The notes beneath the pieces are model-generated. The model was not told the origin of the DNA. It was given only the letters and a program-made list of their open reading frames with translations, and did no database searches. Shown piece by piece: positions 25,021 to 37,795 of a stretch of DNA of 64,000 nt. This DNA comes from Cyanophora paradoxa CCMP329 (lineage: Eukaryota; Plantae; Glaucophyta), in assembly GCA_004431415.1 (NCBI GenBank), contig QPMI01000219.1:75187-139186 (forward strand). Reading direction: 5' to 3'. Numbering within the stretch: position 1 is the stretch's first letter; each line of letters opens with the position of its first letter. A program made the translations under genes and the position numbers.

Positions 25021-28000
25021 GCCTCCGCCCCGTACAGCGAGCCGCACCGGCGCCCCCTGTGCCGGCGCCCGGCCGGCACCCCGGCCCGGCCAAGCCACGC
25101 AGCTCCGCCCCGCCCCGCCCGGGTGCGGGACTCCTTTCGCGGCGGGTGTCGGCGGCGGGCGGCGGGGCGGCTCGCTGGGACGGCGGCGCAGCGGGCAGCG
25201 ACGCGGCTTGCCTGCCGCCGCCCCGTTCCGCGAGCCGCCCCGCTGCCCGCTGCGCCACCGCTCCGTCCCGCAAGCCGCGCCGCCGCCCGCCGCGCCGCCG
25301 CCCCGTCCCGCGAGCCGTGCCGCCGCCGTCCGCTGCTGCCCCGTACGGCGAGCCGCGCCGCCGAAGGCCGCGCCGGGTTACGTCCTGCGCATCGTCAGCT
25401 ATGCATTTGCGCGCCGCTGGCCCCAAGCTATGCTTGGGAGGCGCACCCGAGACGACCGCCAATCGGGAGTTCGGCGTCGTTCCGCGCGCACGCAGCGCCC
25501 GGCGAGTCCAGACCCACATGCAATGCGGGCCGGGCCCATCTTAGAGGAACGCTTCGCACACAGAAGCGTGCGAGAGCTCGAAGTCAGCGGCGGCCAGCGT
25601 GCCGCCCAACCGTCGACGCGTTGAACGCTCCTAACAGGCCGCGGGTCAGAGACGGCGATCTGCGGGCGTGAGTGAGACGTACGGCGAGTAACCGGACAGG
25701 TAGGCGAGGAACTTGGCGAGCACGGCGAGTACGGGCGGTTGGGAACAAGCAAGTCAGCGCGCGGGGCGCGCGGATGCAGTCAAGGCGGAGGCTAGTCCTG
25801 CGGCAACACCCTCTGGCTGGCAAAATAGCCGCGCGCTGCGTGCCACGAGCGGCCGCCAAGTCTGCGAGGTGCGACGCGCATCTGGCCCGAGCACGAAGGG
25901 AGCTGGAGTTGGAAGCTGAGGAGCTGCAGACTCTGCACTGCAGCCAGCCGAGCGAACTTGAGGCCAAGGGCGCAAGCGCAGCAGCTGCAGCTGGCACCGC
26001 TGGGTATCGTCCGTAAAAAAAGGGGGGGGGGAAGGAATGACGGCCATTATCGTCGAGTTTCCTTGAAAAATGCATTTCGGGCTGCTACATGTGCGAACAG
26101 TGAAGCGAATGCTTCGTTTGGTTGTATTTAGGCACATAGTAATTGTTTCAGCACTAAGCTGTGACTCTTGACCCTCTGAACGTACTCTCTTGTGGCTGAA
26201 ATCAAGGGGGGGCAAAAAAGTGAAAATGACCAAATTAGTCTCTGCAGAAGCGCATCCATATGATCTCAATCACTCCTGAAGTAAGGTATTGATTATATGA
26301 GTGATTTAAAGCAGCTTTCGGAAGGCCCAATACGAGTTTTCGCTGAGATCATGCAGGGGCCATGGTTGAAACATGCAATGCTCTCACGGGTTGCCAGCAT
26401 CGACTCAAGACACGCTAAATACATCTTTAGAAAGCCCTTAACTTCCAGATTACAGGAATATATTTTTTGTCCGGTCTGCCGATTCCCGGAACGTCGGTGC
26501 ACCTTCATGTGTCTCATTGAGCACATCATGAGCACAGTCTGGTGACTTGATGAACAGCTCATCTTCTCTTCAGTACTGAAAGAAGTCATTCCTGGAATTG
26601 CTGATTACCGTCAAAATGAAGTCGTCAAAGCTTTCGAGGGTCCTCTCTCTGATTTTGAAACAATCCGAGTTTAGATCTAAAGCCATTAGGCGCTAGCACC
26701 TTTTTTCGCCAAGGGGGGGGCCTGTGACTCATTAAGCTGCACGAGCACCAGCAATGCGTGCCACGTCATGAACTGCTCCTTATTGAGAGGGTTTGATGCA
26801 TTGGAAGGCGGATCGAAGCGAGGAACGCACATGACCAGACCTAGGCCTAGGCCTAGGCCGGTCTCCAAGGGAATTCGTTGTCGTACCCCGGGTCCCAACT
26901 TGCCGACCAGCAACCGGCCGCGGTGACTGCGTCGGCTGGCCCTCGTGGCGGCAGACGGCCTTGCCAGATAGTTGCAACTCCTGGCAGCACGGCGGCTCGG
27001 TGCGTCGGTTCTGGGCTTCGCCGCGCAGCCGGACTCCCTGACTCTGTGAACAGGCCGAGCAGCGGTGCTGTTGCCGCAGCGAACGCGGCCACTTTGAGAG
27101 AGAACGATGCACCTCTTGCGCCTTGAGGCTCTCGCCCGGCTCGTGCTGGGTGTGATTTCAAACGCAGACTGTCGCTGCCCCTGCTGCTGGGTTCGGCCGC
27201 GGCCGCAAACGCTCTCGAACGCGTCGTTTTCGACCTCCTTCCGCCCTTAATCTCTACTCGTTGCCCGGCCGCCGCCGGTCAGGTAATGTTGCTTTGACAG
27301 GCCCGCGCAGAAAGGCGAGGCCCCTGCCGATGCGAAGCAAGGTGTTTCTGGTTTCCGTCTGTTTCCTTCGATCGCTCATCCTGCTTGCATGTCAGGGAAC
27401 ACGCACGACCGAGCCCCGCGAGCACGGCCAAGTGGCGGCCGCGACTTGCTCGCTGGCACTCTTGGCGGCCGGGCGGGAAGCGGTCCCGCTGGTCAAGAAA
27501 CCTCGCGGACGATGCTAACGCACGAGCCTCGCTAACACGGCGCGCTTCGCCCGGTTCCGGGTCCTGTCTCTTCCAACACTCGCAGCTCGCCTGGCTCCTT
27601 CTCCCGCAGGCTAGGTGCTCGTTCTTGTTTCCGCTACTCTCGCCTTGATCTTGTTCTGACACCGGTGACGCGCGCAGCGCAGCGGGTGCCGTTCACGCGC
27701 GGCCAGCATCTCGCACTTCTTGCTGCGGGAGCTCGGACGGGTGCGGTCTTTTCGCAGGCGCGCGTTCTTCTCCTCTTTTGCTTGACGCTCCGAGCGCAGC
27801 GAGCGCCTCGTCCTCGCCCTCGGCTACGGGCGGGGATGGTGCCGCTGTCACTCCGGATCCGTTCTTCTGCCACTTCTCTTTGCCGAGGTGCACAGCCGCG
27901 CGCGCGCATGCCAACCTTGTCTCTTTCTGTTCGAGCGTTCGCTGACCGCGACGCTCACAGCGCAATGAGCGCCGCGAGGTGCTGCATGACCTTGTGCGGG

Positions 28001-28288
28001 TTGCATCACTTCACGTCTGAGCCGGTCTGCTAGCGCTGCTCCCTTCACTTGCCGAGGCGCACAGCTCGTTTTTGACACTCCTGTGCTCGCAGCTATCGTG
28101 CTGCTAGCCGGGCGGCGGGTCAGGAGCTCGCTGTTTTGGGGAGTATGGCTCAGAGGTAGGGGGCAGCAGCTGCAACTCGTTTTCTCGGTGCTAGCTATTG
28201 ACAGGGCTGCCTTGCCTTTGCGCACATGCATTTTTTGCTGGCAATGCGTTTCTTTAATTTCTGCTTTCTGTATATAGTGGTGAGAGCT
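25021..28288 (-). repeat. Right arm of the 3.2-kb inverted repeat
   Basis: Reverse complement of 13779-17016 with scattered substitutions and small indels. Confidence 0.95.
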
Positions 28289-28816
28289 ACTTAGAAGTTA
28301 CTTAGCTTTCTGCTTTCTGCTTTCTGCTCGGCACTTAGAAGCCGTCGCCGCAGGCCCTGCGCCGCGGCGCTCACTAGAGCTAGGCCGCATCCTAACGATA
28401 GCTATAGCTATAGCTTTCTTGCTGGGGCCTCTCCCGTTCGTAGGATTGGTATATATATTGGTGTATTTAGCTGCAGCCGGCCTTCTATGGTGCTTGGCGG
28501 CCGGCCTTTTCCGGTGCTAGATGTGTGATTGGCAGGAAGAAAAGTCTATGGGAGAGCGTTTTCACTTTTTCAGAAAGGAGAGATATCGATCGAACAGACC
28601 TGCCACAATTTGTTAGCAAGCAGCCCGAGGCTCAGTGGAGATCAGCTGTAGGTTTTGCTACTATATATACGCATACATGCGCACTGCAAAGGATGGGCGC
28701 TAGCGTATAGCGCTCGAGCTCGTGCCCGGCCCGGAGGCGCGCCGGCGCCCACCGCGCAAATTAAAATTATAATTATGTAGATTTATTATAATAAAATCTT
28801 CAATTAATAAATTATA

Positions 28817-29058
28817 CTCCTGTGTTTACCCGTGCAATCGCTGTTTACCCATGTTCACCCATGTTTACCCATGTTCCCTGTGCCTACCCATGTCAGCCTG
28901 TGCCCACCCATGCCGACCTGTGCCTTCTTGTGCTTTTCTGTGCAACCTGTGCTTTCCTGTGTTCTTCCGTGCTTTTCTGTGTTATGCCATGCTTTCCCGT
29001 GCTATGCTGTGCTTTTCTGTGCGATTCTGTGTCAATTTTTTTTTTTTTTACACAGGAG
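28817..29058. mobile_element. Candidate MITE, 242 bp
   Basis: Ends CTCCTGTGT...ACACAGGAG are a 9-bp inverted repeat; left flank TA, right flank AA; interior is about 10-bp degenerate repeats (tttacccatg, gtgcttttct). Confidence 0.4.
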
Positions 29059-29059
29059 A

Positions 29060-31000
29060 AGGTTTCTGCAAGATAGTGGTGGCTGCGGGCGCTGGCCGCC
29101 TTCTCGATGAGGCGCTCGGCGGTTGCGACATCGAAGCCCCGCAGCGTCAGACCCAGCTGCGTCAGCACGGGCTGCGGTGGCCGGCGCGCCCGTCAGAGAG
29201 CCAGCGCGGCAGGGGCGGGGGCGCGCCGAGGCGTGCGGTGGACCTGGCCGTTCGATGGCGACATGTGGAGGAGGTGCGGTACCTGCGGGTCCTCCAGCGT
29301 GAGGAGGTCGACGCTGTAGTGGTCGCCGGAGTAGACACCGGGAACGCCGGTGTGGGCGGTGAGGCTCCCATCCAGGTCGGGGTCCTCGAAGAGGCGCAGG
29401 CTGAAGCGGCGGATGGTCGCTCAGAAGTTGGCCAGCGCCCACGTGGCCAAGAGGCCGACGAGCTCCTGCCGGTGCGCGGGATCGGACTCCAGCGGATGGA
29501 AGCGGTCCCAGTTGTCGAAGTCGAACTCGTCGCTGCCGCCTTTGCTGTGCGGGCCGATTATGAAGCTGATGGTGACGACGGCGGAGTTGGCTGCGGCTCC
29601 GGGCGGCCGCCCCCAGCGCTGACTGTCGAAGGGCGCGTGGGAGCGGACGGCGTGCGCACTGGTGAGGATGATCACATGCCTGGCGTTTGCGTGCTCGCCC
29701 CCCTCCTCCTCGAGCTTGGAGATCACCTGCGTGTGCGCGCGTTGGAGGGAGTCTAGGTCCGGACGACAGGCGCCACGCGCACCTCGTCGAAGCCTGAGAC
29801 GGTCGTGACGTCACAGGCCTGCGCCTTGAGCTTCATGGCGTCCCAGGTGGCGAGGGCACGATCCTTGCGCTTTGGCCTCCGAGTCTTCGAGATGGGCGCC
29901 CGCTGATCCTTCAAGGTCGCCATGAAGGCGCGGGGGACGCCCTTCCGTGCCATGACGCGGAACACCGAGGGTGGGCGCGGCGGCGGCGGAGGCTGCGGGG
30001 CGACGTCAGGCCCCGGCCGGGGGGGGGGGGGGGAAAGCGCACTGCGGGGGGCGCAGAGTGTATGCGGGCGGACGGTAGAAGGGGGAGCCGGGGCGCCCGG
30101 GCGCCGGAGGAGGAGGCCGCCGCCGGGGCTGCAGCGGAGCCGCCTCCGCTCGCCGCGCTGGAGGAGGCCGGGGCTGCCGCCGCCGGTGCAGCGTTCGCCG
30201 CGCCGGAGGTGCGCCTTACGATCGGCGTCGGCGCGAGGCGCCTTGGCGGGGGGGGGGGCTACGGCGGCGGTGCCCGCGGGCTGCGGCGCGCGCGGCGGCG
30301 GGCCGCGCGGCGGCGGGCCGCGAGGGCCCTCGTCCTCGGAGGAAGAGCTGGAGTCGCCCACGAGATCGATCACTTCGGGGGGCAAGCGCTGCGGCGGGTC
30401 AGGCAGAGAGCGGGAGGCGGCGCGTGGCATGCGCCGCACCGGCGCCGGCGGGGGCGGGGGCGGTGGCAACGACTCCTGAAGCACCGCCGGAGGCGCCATG
30501 GCCGGCGGCGCCCGCAATCTCTCGCCGTAGATCTCCTCGTGCATCGAGATGAGCCGGACGCCTGGCGAGGGAGGCGACGGGGGCCGCGGCGGCGGCGGAG
30601 ATGGCGGCGGAGGCGGAGGAGGCGGTGGAGGCGGCGGCGTGGAGGCATGGAACACGTGCCGAGGCTGCTGCTGCTGCTGCTGCTGCTCGGCCCCCTCCTC
30701 GGCGTCGTCGTCATCGTCGTCGTCCTGTCCGCGGCACAGAGCCCGCGCGCGCTGCGGCTGGCACTCTAGTTTGCGCACGGCGATGAAGGGCCCGGGGCGC
30801 TTGTTGTTGTCATTGACATCGTGACCGGACCTGCGACCGAGCGGATGGAATGGGCGCGCGGCGGCGTGTTCTGCGCGCGTGAAACGCACATGGTGCCTCA
30901 GTACTGCCTGGTGAATGCTCCCGTGCTGCACGCAAACGTGCACGTCAGGCAAGCCACGCGACGCGCGCGATTCGGGCGAGGGGGCGGCCAATGTACATCT
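29060..31000 (-). pseudogene. Intron-containing Pro/Asp/Gln-rich host gene of unknown function, disrupted
   Basis: High-GC coding-like frames (SVFRVMARKGVPRAF..SGFDE, short intron, VISKLEEEGG..ALANF*ATIRRF); in-frame TGA at 29421-29423; boundaries uncertain. Confidence 0.55.
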
Positions 31001-31404
31001 TCGGTTGTTGTATTGTTGCTGGGAGACACCCGCTGCGAGCTCTCTCTGGTCTGGGGGAGGCCTGCCGCACACGGGAGGTCCTGTCAGATGGTTCCGCGCA
31101 CGGGCCGCCCGGCGCGCCCATCTAGCGGCCTGGAATCAAACCTGCTGGATGGGCTGCGTGCCTGCTACAAAGCCGGACCTGCTATCCGGAAGCCGGACCG
31201 GCTGGAAAGATACGTGCACGTACCCCTGCGCACACGCGTACCCCCCCCCCGTCACATCTCGCCTACAGTCCGGATTCGGATGCCGGCATCGAAGCGCCCG
31301 GTGTCGCCGGCAGAGGCTGTGAAAGCCTCGTCCAAGCGCGCGACTGCAACAGCAGCGTCGTGGGTGCTGCCCGAGGACAGCCAGTCGGACTGTTTGCTCT
31401 TGAC

Positions 31405-34400
31405 GGTCCGCCGGCTGTCGAATGAAGCCTGCTAGTACAGCGCCCTGAGCCCTGCTTCCTATGGATCGGTTCCGGCTCATCGCGGCCTCCGGCGGGCTGT
31501 CCGGGCTGGCCAGCCTGGCCGCGACGTGCCAGAAGTTCATGCAAATGGTACGCAGCCAGTCGCGATCACCGGCTGGGCTCACCTGCTAGGTCGGCGGCAG
31601 GCCTGCACGGGCGAGCTCGGGCCCGCTGAGACCGCGACCGTCACTGTCGGCAACAGTCTGCTGGCACCACAGCCGGGGATGTCGCGCCTTGTGTGGCCGC
31701 CCGAGGAGGCCGCCGACACCATTGCGTGCATAGAGGCGGCCAAGCGGGGCGCCGACACCTACGCCCCCAACTGCGACGACGTTCGTTCGGGCGCGGGCGT
31801 GTCCAGCCCTCCCCGCCGACGCGCGCGCAGTTGTACGCCCTCCTGCGGCAGAACCGCTACTTCGCCGGTGTGAAGAAGCTGCGGCTCGTCTTGGGTTGCA
31901 ATGTGATCGGCCCGTAGATGTACCGCCTCCTCAAGGGCGGCGCCGGCCCCAGCCTCGTCTCCGTTGAGTTCTGTCTCGTCCCCAGCTGCTGGGTCAAGGG
32001 GGGGCACTTCATGATCAGGCACTCCAGCCCCCGCTCCACCTACCTTGCCTGCAAGATCGCCTGCACCGGCCTGCTCAGCGTCCCCAATCAGCTTCAGCGC
32101 TTCATCATCACCGATGCCGCCGCCGCCTCTGCCGCCAGCAGCTTGCAGCTCCCCGTCTGCGGGGACACCTTCCGTGGCTGCCGCCAGCGACTCGCCGGTG
32201 CCGGTGCCGGTGCTGGCGTCAAGTTCCTGGTACTAGATATATACATCCCTGCCCGCCCCGCCGCCGCCGCCCGACCTGTCGACAGGTGGACGACATCTTG
32301 GAGCCCTGCGCCAAGCTGGAGGACAAGATGGTGTCCATTCTGAGGACGTATCCCGTGACCGACACGGGTGCCCGTCCCACCGATCAGGCACACACCCCCC
32401 TCCTAGCGCGGCGCACGATCGACGAGGTCCGCCGGCTGTCGAATGAAGCCTGCTAGTACAGCGCCCTGAGCCCTGCACGCGGCAGATGCTTCCTATGGAT
32501 CTGTTCCGGCTCATCGCGGCCTCCGGCGGGCCGTCCGGGCTGGCCAGCCTGGCCGCCACGTGCCAGAAGTTCATGCAAATGGTACGCAGCCAGTCGCGAT
32601 CACCGGCTGGGCTCACCTGCTAGGTCGGCGGCAGGCCTGCGCGGGCGAGCTCGGGCCCGCTGAGACCGCGACCGTCACTGTCGGCAACAGTCTGCTGGCA
32701 CCACAGCCGGGGATGTCGCGCCTTGTGTGGCCGCCCGAGGAGGCCGCCGACACCATTGCGTGCATAGAGGCGGCCAAGCGGGGCGCCGACACCTACGCCC
32801 CCAACTGCGACGACGTTCGTTCGGGCGCGGGCGTGTCCAGCCCTCCCCGCCGACGCGCGCGCAGTTGTACGCCCTCCTGCGGCAGAACCGCTACTTCGCC
32901 GGTGTGAAGAAGCTGCGGCTCGTCTTGGGTTGCAATGTGATCGGCCCGTAGATGTACCGCCTCCTCAAGGGCGGCGCCGGCCCAGCCTCGTCTCCGTTGA
33001 GTTCTGTCTCGTCCCCAGCTGCTGGGTCAAGGGGGGCACTTCATGATCAGGCACTCCAGCCCCGCTCCACCTACCTTGCCTGCAAGATCGCCTGCACCGG
33101 CCTGCTCAGCGTCCCCAATCAGCTTCAGCGCTTCATCATCACCGATGCCGCCGCCGCCTCTGCCGCCAGCAGCTTGCAGCTCCCCGTCTGCGGGGACACC
33201 TTCCGTGGCTGCCGCCAGCGACTCGCCGGTGCCGGTGCCGGTGCTGGCGTCAAGTTCCTGGTACTAGATATATACATCCCTGCCCGCCCCGCCGCCGCCG
33301 CCCGACCTGTCGACAGGTGGACGACATCTTGGAGCCCTGCGCCAAGCTGGAGGACAAGATGGTGTCCATTCTGAGGACGTATCCCGTGACCGACACGGGC
33401 GCCCGTCCCACCGATCAGGCACACCCCCCCCTCCTGGCGCGGCGCACGATCGACGAGGTCCGCCGGCTGTCGAATGAAGCCTGCTAGTACAGCGCCCTGA
33501 GCCCTGCGCGCGGCAGATGCTTCCTTTGGATCTGTTCCGGCTCATCGCGGCCTCCGGCGGGCCGTCCGGGCTGGCCAGCCTGGCCGCCACGTGCCAGAAG
33601 TTCATGCAAATGGTACGCAGCCAGTCGCGATCACCGGCTGGGCTCACCTGCTAGGTCGGCGGCAGGCCTGCGCGGGCGAGCTCGGGCCCGCTGAGACCGC
33701 GACCGTCACTGTCGGCAACAGTCTGCTGGCACCACAGCCAGGGATGTCGCGCCTTGTGTGGCCGCCCGAGGAGGCCGCCGACACCATTGCGTGCATAGAG
33801 GCGGCCAAGCGGGGCGCCGATGCCTACACCCCCGACTACGACGACGTTCGTTCGCGAGCGGGCGTGTCCAGCCCTCCCCGCGGATGCGCGCGCAGTTGTA
33901 CGCCCTCCTGCGGCAGAACCGCTACTTCGCCGGTGTGAAGAAGCTGCGGCTCGTCTTGGGTTGCAATGTGATCGGCCCGTAGATGTACCGCCTCCTCAAG
34001 GGCGGCGCCGGCCCCAGCCTCGTCTCCTTTGAGTTCTGTCTCGTCCCCAGCTGCTGGGTCAAGGGGGGGCACTTCATGATCAGGCACTCCAGCCCCCGCT
34101 CCACCTACCTTGCCTGCAAGATCGCCTGCACCGGCCTGCTCAGCGTCCCCAATCAGCTTCAGCGCTTCATCATCACCGATGCCGCCGCCGCCTCTGCCGC
34201 CAGCAGCTTGCAGCTCCCCGTCTGCGGGGACACCTTCCGTGGCTGCCGCCAGCGACTCGCCGGTGCCGGTGCCGGTGCTGGCGTCAAGTTCCTGGTACTA
34301 GATATATACATCCCTGCCCGCCCCGCCGCCGCCGCCCGACCTGTCGACAGGTGGACGACATCTTGGAGCCCTGCGCCGAGCTGGAGGACAAGATGGTGTC

Positions 34401-35527
34401 CATTCTGAGGACGTATCCCGTGACCGAAACGGGCGCCCGTCCCACCGATCAGGCACACACCCCCCTCCTAGCGCGGCGCACGATCGACGAGGTCCGCCGG
34501 CTGTCGAATGAAGCCTGCTAGTACAGCGCCCTGAGCCCTGCGCGCGGCAGATGCTTCCTTTGGATCTGTTCCGGCTCATCGCGGCCTCCGGCGGGCCGTC
34601 CGGGCTGGCCAGCCTGGCCGCCACGTGCCAGAAGTTCATGCAAATGGTACGCAGCCAGTCGCGATCACCGGCTGGGCTCACCTGCTAGGTCGGCGGCAGG
34701 CCTGCGCGGGCGAGCTCGGGCCCGCTGAGACCGCGACCGTCACTGTCGGCAACAGTCTGCTGGCACCACAGCCGGGGATGTCGCGCCTTGTGTGGCCGCC
34801 CGAGGAGGCCGCCGACACCATTGCGTGCATAGAGGCGGCCAAGCGGGGCGCCGATGCCTACACCCCCGACTACGACGACGTTCGTTCGCGAGCGGGCGTG
34901 TCCAGCCCTCCCCGCGGATGCGCGCGCAGTTGTACGCCCTCCTGCGGCAGAACCGCTACTTCGCCGGTGTGAAGAAGCTGCGGCTCGTCTTGGGTTGCAA
35001 TGTGATCGGCCCGTAGATGTACCGCCTCCTCAAGGGCGGCGCCGGCCCCAGCCTCGTCTCCTTTGAGTTCTGTCTCGTCCCCAGCTGCTGGGTCAAGGGG
35101 GGGCACTTCATGATCAGGCACTCCAGCCCCCGCTCCACCTACCTTGCCTGCAAGATCGCCTGCACCGGCCTGCTCAGCGTCCCAATCAGCTTCAGCGCTT
35201 CATCATCACCGATGCCGCCGCCGCCTCTGCCGCCAGCAGCTTGCAGCTCCCCGTCTGCGGGGACACCTTCCGTGGCTGCCGCCAGCGACTCGCCGGTGCC
35301 GGTGCCGGTGCTGGCGTCAAGTTCCTGGTACTAGATATATACATCCCTGCCCGCCCCGCCGCCGCCGCCCGACCTGTCGACAGGTGGACGACATCTTGGA
35401 GCCCTGCGCCGAGCTGGAGGACAAGATGGTGTCCATTCTGAGGACGTATCCCGTGACCGAAACGGGCGCCCGTCCCACCGATCAGGCACACCCCCCCCTC
35501 CTGGTGCGGCGCACGATCGACGAGGTC
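31405..35527. repeat. About 1034-bp tandem repeat, 4 copies
   Basis: ggtccgccggctgtcgaatg at 31405, 32426, 33457 and 34491; GGTC microhomology at the unit junction. Confidence 0.97.
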
Positions 35528-36104
35528 ATCGTCCGCGCGTACAGGCTCCACCCCTCCCTGAGGGCCAGTCGCCCATGTATACAGGCCAGGTGCATGGCGC
35601 CGCCGTCCTCCTCTAGTCCGGGGGTCGCGCGGGCCCTGGGCCTCGTCTTCTTCCTCGACCTCTTCTCCGCTTGGGTGCGTGCCGCAGTCGCCGCCGTCTC
35701 ACGCGACCCAACCTGGCCCTGCGCAGGAGTCCTCGAACGACGAGCTGGACCCTCGCAGGGTGGCCACGGCAGTCCTGGATCGCATGCTGGTGACCTCAGG
35801 CGCCCAGCTGCGGATCGTCGCCACGGGCCTGAACCACGACCGCCTCAGCGCCGACGTTGTCTTCTGCATCGCCACGGGGATCATGCGGGGCTACAGCAAC
35901 CCCTCGACACTCACCGTCGTCTTCGAATGGTGCACGCTTGCGCCCCCCCTCTCCCTCCCCTTTCTGACGCGTGGCCACCCCCCCCCCCCACCAGGTTTGG
36001 GGCGGAGTTTGAGGAGATCTCCTGCCTCTTCCTGGGGCCGGTGGGCCTGCTTGCGGCCCTGCGAGAGCCCCCCCCCCGGCTGTGGCCTCTTCCTCGTCGA
36101 CTAC

Positions 36105-36405
36105 ACCGCGTCCTTGGTGGAGTGGTAGAGCGCCGCACTCTCCACTCTTGAGCCTCTGGGTTCGAATCCAGGCCGGCCGAAGCAATCCCGCTTCGAATCC
36201 CAGTGTGGTCGTTGGGGGGTTTGATGGTAACCCAACGCTGGGCGGACCCCATAGCCTCACTCACTGGACCCGAAAGGCCGAAGGTGGGGGCGGTCCTGTG
36301 CGTTCCCATAAGAACACGCGCATAGGGAGAAGGCTGTGCGAGGAAGGGTAATTGCCCCAGTACGGCCCGGCCCGAGAGCCCCTAAGGGGAGCAAATTTTT
36401 TTTTT
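36105..36405 (+). mobile_element. tRNA-derived SINE with oligo-T tail and 15-bp TSD
   Basis: A box TGGTGGAGTGG (36115-36125), B box GGTTCGAATCC (36159-36169), T-run from 36396, TSD TTCCTCGTCGACTAC at 36090-36104 and 36406-36420. Confidence 0.9.
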
Positions 36406-37795
36406 TTCCTCGTCGACTACGCCCCCTGCCCCACCCTCGGCACGGCTGCCGTGCATGTGTCTTCTCGGTAATATAACGCCATATGCAAACAGGTTCTCGC
36501 GGCCATGCCAGGTGACAGTGCCGAAAGGGCCCCGCAGCACGTCTGGCTCAGGCTAGCGCCTGTGCATATTCCCCCAGAGAGATTTGGGGTGCATCTTTCT
36601 TGTATTTTCTGGCAACTTGCTGGTTCCGTGTACACATTCCCTTGGAGAGATTTGGGGTGCATTTGTCTTCAATTTTGTGGTGGATTGGAAACCTGGGGCC
36701 TTTGACTGAGTTACTTGCTGGTGGGTGGGTTCATCTGCCTAAGGCTACTGCCTTTTGCATATTCCCCCAGAGAGATTTGGGGTGCATCTTTCTTCTTTTT
36801 TGTCACAGATCCTTATCCTGGGGTGGGTGGGTTCATCTTCCTAAGGCAAGTGCCTTGTGCATATTCCCCCAGTGAGATTTGGGGTGCATCTTTCTTCTAT
36901 TTTCTGGCAGATTGGAAACCTGGGGCCTTTGACTGTGTGGCTTGCTGGTGGGTGGGTTCATCTTCCTAAGGCTAGCGCCTTGTGCACATTCCCCCAGAGA
37001 GATTTGGGATGCATCTGGCTTTTTTTGTGGAAGATCCAAAACCTGGGCCCTTTGACTGAGTGACTTGCTGGTGGGTGGGTTCATCTGGCTCAGGCTAGCG
37101 CCTTGTGCATATTCCCACAGAGAGATTTGGGGTGCATCTTTCTTCATTTTTGTCACAGATCAGAAACCTGCAGCCTTCCACTGAGTGACTTGCTGGTGGG
37201 TGGGTCATCTTTCTAAGGCTAGCGTTTTGTGCATATTCCCCCAGAGGGATTCCGGGTGCATTTGTCTTCAATTTTTTGGTGGATCGGAAACCTTGGGCCT
37301 TTGACTGAATGAATTGCTGGTGGGTGGGTTCATCTTCCTAAGGCTAGCGCCTTGTGCATATTCCCCCAGAGAGATTGGGGGTGCATCTTTCTTCTTTTTT
37401 GTCACAGATTCTTATCCTGGGGCCTTCGACTGAGTGACTTGCTGGTGGGTGGGTCATCTTTGTAAGGCTAGCGCCTTGTGCATATTCCCCCGGAGAGATT
37501 TGGGGTGCATCTTTCTCCTATTTTTTGGTGGATCAGAAACCTGCAGCCTTCGACTGAGTGACTTGCTGGTGGGTGGGTGATCTTCCTAAGGCTAGCGCCT
37601 TGTGCGTATTCCCCCAGGGAGATTGGGGGTGCATACTTCTTCTATTTTGTGGCAGATCGGAAACCTGGGGCCTCCGACTCAGTGACTTGCTGGTGGGTGG
37701 GTTCATCTTCCTAAGGCTAGCGCCTTGTGCATATTCCCCCAGAGAGATTTAGGGTGCATCCATCTTCTATTTTGTGGTGGACGGAAACCTGGGGC

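Larger units (their letters stand above)
31280..36470 (+). pseudogene. F-box-like protein gene with short introns, internally amplified four times, with an in-frame TAG and a SINE insertion
   Basis: Splicing GT-AG introns of about 50-60 nt yields MPASKRP..DCLLLT|MLPLDLFRLIAASGGPSGLASLAATCQKFMQM|ACAGELG..YDD|LYALLRQ..VIGP*MYRLL..KFL|VDDILEP. The LP.DL..I...L..LA.TC.KF pattern fits the F-box consensus. Confidence 0.6.

Noticed and set aside
3278-35016. TAG reassigned to Gln (in-frame TAG in the LINE RT and in all four F-box repeat units)
   Set aside because: Only two independent sites; CAG/CAA are used freely, an in-frame TGA occurs in another pseudogene (29421) and the LINE 2 ORF ends in TAG (54718). 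C>T decay explains them; a genome-wide codon-alignment test would settle it.
36105-36180. Functional tRNA gene
   Set aside because: No proper acceptor or anticodon stem; it continues into a 230-bp body and is bounded by a TSD, so it is a SINE head.
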